Below, piece after piece: positions 59,470 through 64,000 of a stretch of 64,000 bases of DNA. Under the pieces are notes generated by a model. It was not told the DNA's origin, ran no database searches, and saw only the letters and a list, made by a program, of their open reading frames with translations. This DNA is from Saprospiraceae bacterium. GTDB taxonomy: Bacteria; Bacteroidota; Bacteroidia; Chitinophagales; Saprospiraceae. The stretch spans positions 189 to 64,188 of the forward strand of contig JANPHO010000681.1 in NCBI GenBank assembly GCA_031424515.1. Reading direction: 5' to 3'. Numbering within the stretch: the stretch's first letter is position 1; each line of letters starts with the position of its first letter. Both the position numbers and the translations under genes were made by a program.

Positions 59470-59684
59470 AAAATTTTAGACATTTTTGATTCTTTAATGG
59501 ATTTTAAAATCATTTAAAGATAAACATTTTCAACTTTAAGTCATAGACCGATTTAATCTTAGGAAGCCTTTGAGGCTTTCTAAGATTTCAAATAATTGAA
59601 AATCAATTGTTTACGAATAAAATTCAGAGGAAATATTCTTCTGATTAATTTTATCCACGCACTTATATGATGATATATTAATCA

Positions 59685-61028
59685 TTATTTTACTGCACTC
59701 ACAATACTTTTTACAAATTTTGTGAAATCGAACGCATCTCCTGGCGTGCAACCCAAACGCACTATCACCATATCTTTTGAAGGGATGATGGTGACATATT
59801 GCCCTTCAAAACCATCAGCATAAAAGGCATCTTGAGGGAATGATTTATCTTGATGATTCATCCAAAATTGAGCGCCATAAGTGCCATTCGAATGCGCCGT
59901 TTCGGTGGAAGAATATTTTACCCAACCTTCGGGTAAAAGCCGTTCGCCATTCCAAACACCATCTTGAAGATACAATTGACCGAATTTCGCCCAATCTCTC
60001 GCCGTTGCAAACATGAATGACGAGCCGACATATGTGCCCGAAGCATCAGGCTCAAGAACAGCACTTTTCATCCCTATTTTATGAAAAAGTCGTTGGTGTG
60101 GAAAAGCTAAATAATCAGCAAGGGTAGGGAATTGTCGCCTGATAATCTCTTGCAAAATATTAGTCGTTCCGCTTGAATACGACCATATTTTGTCGGGTTC
60201 AGTAGCCGTTTTGCTCAATAAAGCAAAGCTACCCGCCCCTTTTTTTCTGAAAAGCATTTCAGTAGCGTCGCTTGGCGAGGCATAGTTTTCGTTAAAATCC
60301 AAACCACTGCTCATGCGCAAAAGGTGGTCAATAGTGATGTTTTTTCTATTGTCAACTTGCCATTCTGCAATGGGTGCAGGCTTTTTAATATCAATTTTAC
60401 CATCTTTTACTAACAGGCCTATCATGGCATTAGTCACGCTTTTGGTCATTGACCAACCGATTAATGGGGTTTGAGGCGTTATGTTTTTAGCGTATTTTTC
60501 AGCAATAATTTGACCTTTATAAAGCACGACTACAGCCCTTGTACGCACCACGTTTTTAGGGTCATTTTCGATAAAAGCGGCATCAATGGCTTTATTTAAA
60601 AGGGTTTTATCAATATTAGCGGGCTTTTCAGTGGCTGATTGAAGTTGCTCTGTGAGTGTATCAGCACTGGGCACATTGGGTTGATTTCGGAGTTCTTCTT
60701 CGGATATTTCATTAACCAAAGTGCAACCCAATCCTTTGCGGTAAATGGCTTTCGTTTTAGCCAAACCATAAATATCCGCAGTGACCGTTTGATGTTCTTT
60801 ATCCACTTCAATGTTGGCATAGGGGACAGTATAAAGGTCTTCAGTTTTGATACTATCCAAACCTCTTCCCGAAATGAACATACATGAGCACACCATTTTA
60901 GCGTCGTAGGATGAACCGATATAGGCGTATTTTAAGCCATAATTAAAACCATAAGCCAATAGCAAAATAAGGATTATGCCTATTCCGTACTGGATTTTTC
61001 GTTTAGATGATGTTCGATTAATTGTCAT
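59685..61028 (-). CDS. Serine hydrolase (beta-lactamase family)
   Basis: N-terminal TM and an intact S-x-x-K motif (GWSMTKSV). 447 aa. Confidence 0.75.
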   Translation of the reverse strand: MTINRTSSKRKIQYGIGIILILLLAYGFNYGLKYAYIGSSYDAKMVCSCMFISGRGLDSIKTEDLYTVPYANIEVDKEHQTVTADIYGLAKTKAIYRKGLGCTLVNEISEEELRNQPNVPSADTLTEQLQSATEKPANIDKTLLNKAIDAAFIENDPKNVVRTRAVVVLYKGQIIAEKYAKNITPQTPLIGWSMTKSVTNAMIGLLVKDGKIDIKKPAPIAEWQVDNRKNITIDHLLRMSSGLDFNENYASPSDATEMLFRKKGAGSFALLSKTATEPDKIWSYSSGTTNILQEIIRRQFPTLADYLAFPHQRLFHKIGMKSAVLEPDASGTYVGSSFMFATARDWAKFGQLYLQDGVWNGERLLPEGWVKYSSTETAHSNGTYGAQFWMNHQDKSFPQDAFYADGFEGQYVTIIPSKDMVIVRLGCTPGDAFDFTKFVKSIVSAVK

Positions 61029-61099
61029 AAAATATGGATGGTCATTTTAATGAAAAATAGGCTCTAAAGTTATTCAAAAACTGGAAATAATATCTTTTT

Positions 61100-62740
61100 T
61101 TATCTTTTTAAAAACGCCTTAATCATTTGACCCACATCCTCGGCACGGAGATAGGGTAGGGTTAGAGGTGCTGTTTGAGGTATGTATAAAATATAGGGAA
61201 CGTCGAGTAACTCACCCCTCAGTCCACCATGCCCACCCTTGTAGTTTTTAACCATAAATTCATAATTTGCGGCTAAATCATAGCCTTTTCTACTCGTTAT
61301 TAGCATGTCACCGGCTCTTTCTGTGCTCATGAGTTGATATAATCTGTGCAAGGCATCTGGATAATCAGTCATTAAACTTGCCTTAAGCCATTCATCGGCA
61401 GGATGAAAACCACTTTCAATCATACCCATCAGTATTGGGTGATTATTATAGGATAATGGGTCGTTTGCGTCACACAAATAGCGATAACCTTTAGTAGGAT
61501 GATAGATAATATCAGCCCTGTTTTGAGCATTAAAAATAGAAACGGTGGAGTCGTTTTTTAAACAAGCCACCAATTCTACGCCTTCAATGGAAGTAATAAT
61601 TTGGGGTAAATTCAGGTATTTATTTTTAGCAGGATAATGTTGCAGCAATGAGAGAGGTACTCGTTTTCGCCAGTGTTCTGCTGTAGGGACTTGAGCAGTA
61701 TCGCGCCAGTAAATATAAGCCGAGAGATTGCCATTGATAACAAAATAGCCGTTTTTATCCACAAAATCACTCAGTTTTTCATCCAAATCCTTTGAAAATA
61801 TATTGACAGAATTGCCTCTTATGAGTGAAATACCGTATTGTTCGAGCAGTGATTTAGGAATATCCAAATTCTTTGAAACGTCTGAAATGCCATGATCAGT
61901 TACAATCGCAACCATTCTTTTTTCGGACTGCCCTAAGCGGTGGATGGCTTCCATAAATTGCCCAATCAAACCATCAATGTGTTGGAGTAAAAGGTAATAT
62001 TCATCGGTTGTTCCTGAAATATGATTACTGGCATCCAAACTCGGGAAAGTGACCCATTGCACTTTCGGATTTCGATCGAGTTGTTCTATTGCTTTATCCA
62101 TCACAATAGACTCGTGCTCAAAATGATTTTTAGCAAATTTTTTACCCAACCACGGCAACTGGCGCAATTGTTTGAAACCATTCTGTTCTTGAAATTTTGA
62201 GGTTGTGTGCGCCCAGCTTGTCATTTCAGCGTGGTGGACACCTCTATTCATGTAAGTATTGATTGAAGCCGTGTAAAAAGTATCGTATAGCTCAAAAATA
62301 TTTTTGGGTAAGGGGTGAATATCCTTATTCATATTGCTATTCGACCGCCCCACATAGTTGCGCAAATTGCCTTTATCGAGCCGCCTATCAAACCACCGCA
62401 GCCCCATAATGCCGCTTTTTGAAGCATTTTCACCTGTAATAAAAGGATAGAAACCATAGCCTGTCATGGAAGGAAATGCCGCAATTCCATGTTCCACATA
62501 CGTTGATTTCTGAATTAATCGGGCTAAATTAGGCAATTTACCTTGCGCCAAAAGTTCTTTAAAAATTTGGTTGGATAAGCCATCGAGCAGTAAAACGGAA
62601 ACGGTATTGCCTACCGTTGGTGGGTGGATTGTGGTATATTTTTTTTCTATCGTTAAAAAATACACCACACCAATCAGTAAACCCACTATTACGAAGAGCA
62701 TTTTTAAAAATCGAAAAAGACATGAAGACTTTTTTTTCAT
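61100..62740 (-). CDS. Alkaline phosphatase superfamily protein (type I phosphodiesterase/nucleotide pyrophosphatase-like)
   Basis: N-terminal TM, VLLLDGLS metal-site motif, IVTDHG, GGHGG. Confidence 0.6.
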   Translation of the reverse strand: MKKKSSCLFRFLKMLFVIVGLLIGVVYFLTIEKKYTTIHPPTVGNTVSVLLLDGLSNQIFKELLAQGKLPNLARLIQKSTYVEHGIAAFPSMTGYGFYPFITGENASKSGIMGLRWFDRRLDKGNLRNYVGRSNSNMNKDIHPLPKNIFELYDTFYTASINTYMNRGVHHAEMTSWAHTTSKFQEQNGFKQLRQLPWLGKKFAKNHFEHESIVMDKAIEQLDRNPKVQWVTFPSLDASNHISGTTDEYYLLLQHIDGLIGQFMEAIHRLGQSEKRMVAIVTDHGISDVSKNLDIPKSLLEQYGISLIRGNSVNIFSKDLDEKLSDFVDKNGYFVINGNLSAYIYWRDTAQVPTAEHWRKRVPLSLLQHYPAKNKYLNLPQIITSIEGVELVACLKNDSTVSIFNAQNRADIIYHPTKGYRYLCDANDPLSYNNHPILMGMIESGFHPADEWLKASLMTDYPDALHRLYQLMSTERAGDMLITSRKGYDLAANYEFMVKNYKGGHGGLRGELLDVPYILYIPQTAPLTLPYLRAEDVGQMIKAFLKR

Positions 62741-62992
62741 GGAGGATACATTCTAAATCAAGATTTTTAAACACATAAATATACCCCTCAGTATTTGGGC
62801 GTTTTATTGTTAATTTCCATAAATATAACCTATTTTTCGATTATAATATTATGCAGTTCTTTGGCAAATCTCCTTGATACATTTTTTGAATAGTTAAAAA
62901 GGTACTGTAAATGGCCAATTTAAGTTATAGAAACGGTTGATTCGAAGTTAAAAGTACGTGTTTCGGAGGAGGGTTATAATGACATATTTAAC

Positions 62993-63199
62993 CTAAGTTT
63001 TGTGGTATCCCAATTTTTATCTATTAACCCCACCGCTTTAGCGTGGGGCAAAAAAGACATCCACATTTAAGGCTTTAGCCGTTAAAATTTCAACTTAAAT
63101 AATGAAATATTAGCGGCTAAAGCCTAGGAGGCACTTTTATGCCCCACGCTAAAGCGGTGGGGTTAATAGATTCAAGTTTTAGGATACCACAAAACTTAG
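62993..63199. mobile_element. Nested-palindrome element (about 207 bp), MITE-like or structured RNA
   Basis: Outer 18-bp perfect IR (62993-63010 / 63182-63199). Inner 32-bp perfect IR (63019-63050 / 63140-63171); each inner arm folds on itself (CCCCACCGCTTTAGCGTGGGG). The central IR is AGGCTTTAGCCGTTAA / TTAGCGGCTAAAGCCT. Confidence 0.6.
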
Positions 63200-63300
63200 A
63201 TTATTTATCTCTTTTCATTCATTTTAAACTTTCAACTTTTTAAACAGTCCAAAAAAAGTTAATAATTAAATCCGATTTTTAACTTTTAAAAAACATAACT

Positions 63301-63759
63301 ATGATGATGCCGATTAAAAATGGAATTCTGCTTCTTTCTGTTCTTTTTATGAATTGCAGAAGCGCTCAGTACACTGACAGAGTAGTAACTACTCAACGAA
63401 TGTCTATTTCACCATCCCAACAACCTTCGCGCGAGGCCGAATGGCGTTTTATTGCCGATAAATGGGTGGATTATGGCATTGACCATGATGCTATTGCTTT
63501 TGGTCAAGTGAAAGATGATTTTCGCCAAATCAGGATTCGGGTAACAGATGCCCCGCTTCAAATGCTGGACATGAAAATTCAATTTGATAATGGTGATGTT
63601 CAAGATGTGCAATTGCGCCGGATATTTAAGCAAGGCGAAGAGAGCCGTGTGATTGACCTCGTAGGAGGTTTGCGCCACTTGAAGAGAATTGATTTTTGGT
63701 ACGAAACCCGAGGTGTCAGAAAAGGCAAAGCGCGCGTGGCTGTATGGGGTAAGAAATAA
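63301..63759 (+). CDS. Hypothetical secreted protein
   Basis: Signal peptide or lipobox (LFMNC). Good coding look. No family confidently recognised. Confidence 0.5.
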   Translation: MMMPIKNGILLLSVLFMNCRSAQYTDRVVTTQRMSISPSQQPSREAEWRFIADKWVDYGIDHDAIAFGQVKDDFRQIRIRVTDAPLQMLDMKIQFDNGDVQDVQLRRIFKQGEESRVIDLVGGLRHLKRIDFWYETRGVRKGKARVAVWGKK

Positions 63760-63847
63760 TATTATAAAAAAGCAGCGAAAGCGCAGCTCGTGGTATCTTG
63801 TTTGTGATAAGCGTATAGCACATCTACCATTTAAAAATTAATTCTAA

Positions 63848-63891
63848 CGGTTTTGGGAAAAGTTTTCATTGAAATCTAATTCCCAAAACCG
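63848..63891. terminator. Bidirectional hairpin terminator
   Basis: CGGTTTTGGGAA ... TTCCCAAAACCG, a 12-bp perfect stem. Confidence 0.75.
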
Positions 63892-63931
63892 CATCATTGA
63901 GGGTCGAAAAATAGATTTAATTGCTTATAAA

Positions 63932-64000
63932 TTATAATCCCAAAACTTGCATCAATTCGGATGTCGTTTCCACTATCAAATCGGGTTTGAGGGCTTCCAA
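63932..64000 (-). CDS. 3' end of an unidentified CDS running off the window
   Basis: The open frame reads ...LEALKPDLIVETTSELMQVLGL, with the stop at 63932-63934 and a terminator hairpin downstream. Confidence 0.3.
   Translation of the reverse strand: MEALKPDLIVETTSELMQVLGL

Larger units (their letters stand above)
1655..62793. repeat. Dispersed over-represented word TACTGAGGGG / CCCCTCAGTA (48 exact 10-mers plus 5 extra ACTGAGGGG cores)
   Basis: Counted by eye; coordinates are listed in the first finding. Copies lie on both strands, in CDSs and in spacers. Flanks extend the consensus to TACTGAGGGG(G)TA(T). Confidence 0.9.

Noticed and set aside
1655-62793. Abundant 10-mer as a Chi- or KOPS-like polar signal
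   Set aside because: Orientation is 23 plus versus 25 minus (26 versus 27 counting 9-mer cores) and interleaved along the window, not polarised. A replichore boundary inside the window cannot be excluded without the whole genome.
1655-62793. Abundant 10-mer as the by-product of a conserved peptide motif (Thr-Glu-Gly)
   Set aside because: It is read as TEG, LRG, PLS, PSV and PQY in unrelated proteins, on both coding strands, and 16 copies are intergenic.
63926-63944. AAATTATAATCCCA at the right edge, and GGGATTATA at 10103-10112, as extra copies of the left-edge box
   Set aside because: These are only 10-14 nt matches in AT-rich DNA without the rest of the box or the hairpins. The right-edge one overlaps a stop codon region. 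Likely chance.
1-64000. tRNA, rRNA, tmRNA, RNase P or SRP RNA genes
   Set aside because: I scanned the spacers for T-loop (GGTTCGAAT-like) and other hallmark sequences and found none. A covariance-model scan would be needed to be certain.

Overview
AT-rich chromosomal segment that looks Bacteroidota-like. Two secreted proteins end in T9SS (Por) C-terminal sorting domains, GldM-like paralogs are present, Shine-Dalgarno boxes are absent, and TAnnTTTG-type -7 boxes are visible. I support about 47 CDSs, mostly housekeeping or envelope genes: mtgA, valS, pgi, lysA, a FadD-like ligase, an ALDH7-type dehydrogenase, trehalase plus an MFS transporter, an MsbA-like ABC exporter, cell-wall amidases and three orphan sensor kinases. 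Many convergent gene pairs are separated by strong hairpin terminators. I saw no rRNA, tRNA or CRISPR array. Several signals are not explained by gene content. (1) The 10-mer TACTGAGGGG/CCCCTCAGTA occurs 48 times exactly, plus 5 more 9-mer cores. It occurs in both orientations, inside unrelated genes in all five stop-free frames, and in spacers, which is the profile of a DNA-uptake-signal-like word. One inverted pair forms a terminator. (2) A tandem array at the left edge (1-640) has a 43-nt invariant box plus hairpins that covary between units. (3) Three tandem GldM-like paralogs share an invariant C-terminal LPKCSRDCQQ tail, and the first is split at an A AAA AAG / A8 tract. (4) A tight two-gene cassette encodes a TIR-like tail-anchored protein and a PIN(DUF3368)-like protein. 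(5) Two unrelated nested-palindrome elements of about 207 bp, plus a small covarying double-hairpin repeat, sit in spacers. (6) An accessory islet carries ORF6N, an unknown protein and a RelE-type toxin-antitoxin pair. All functional calls come from motif recognition by eye, with no database search.
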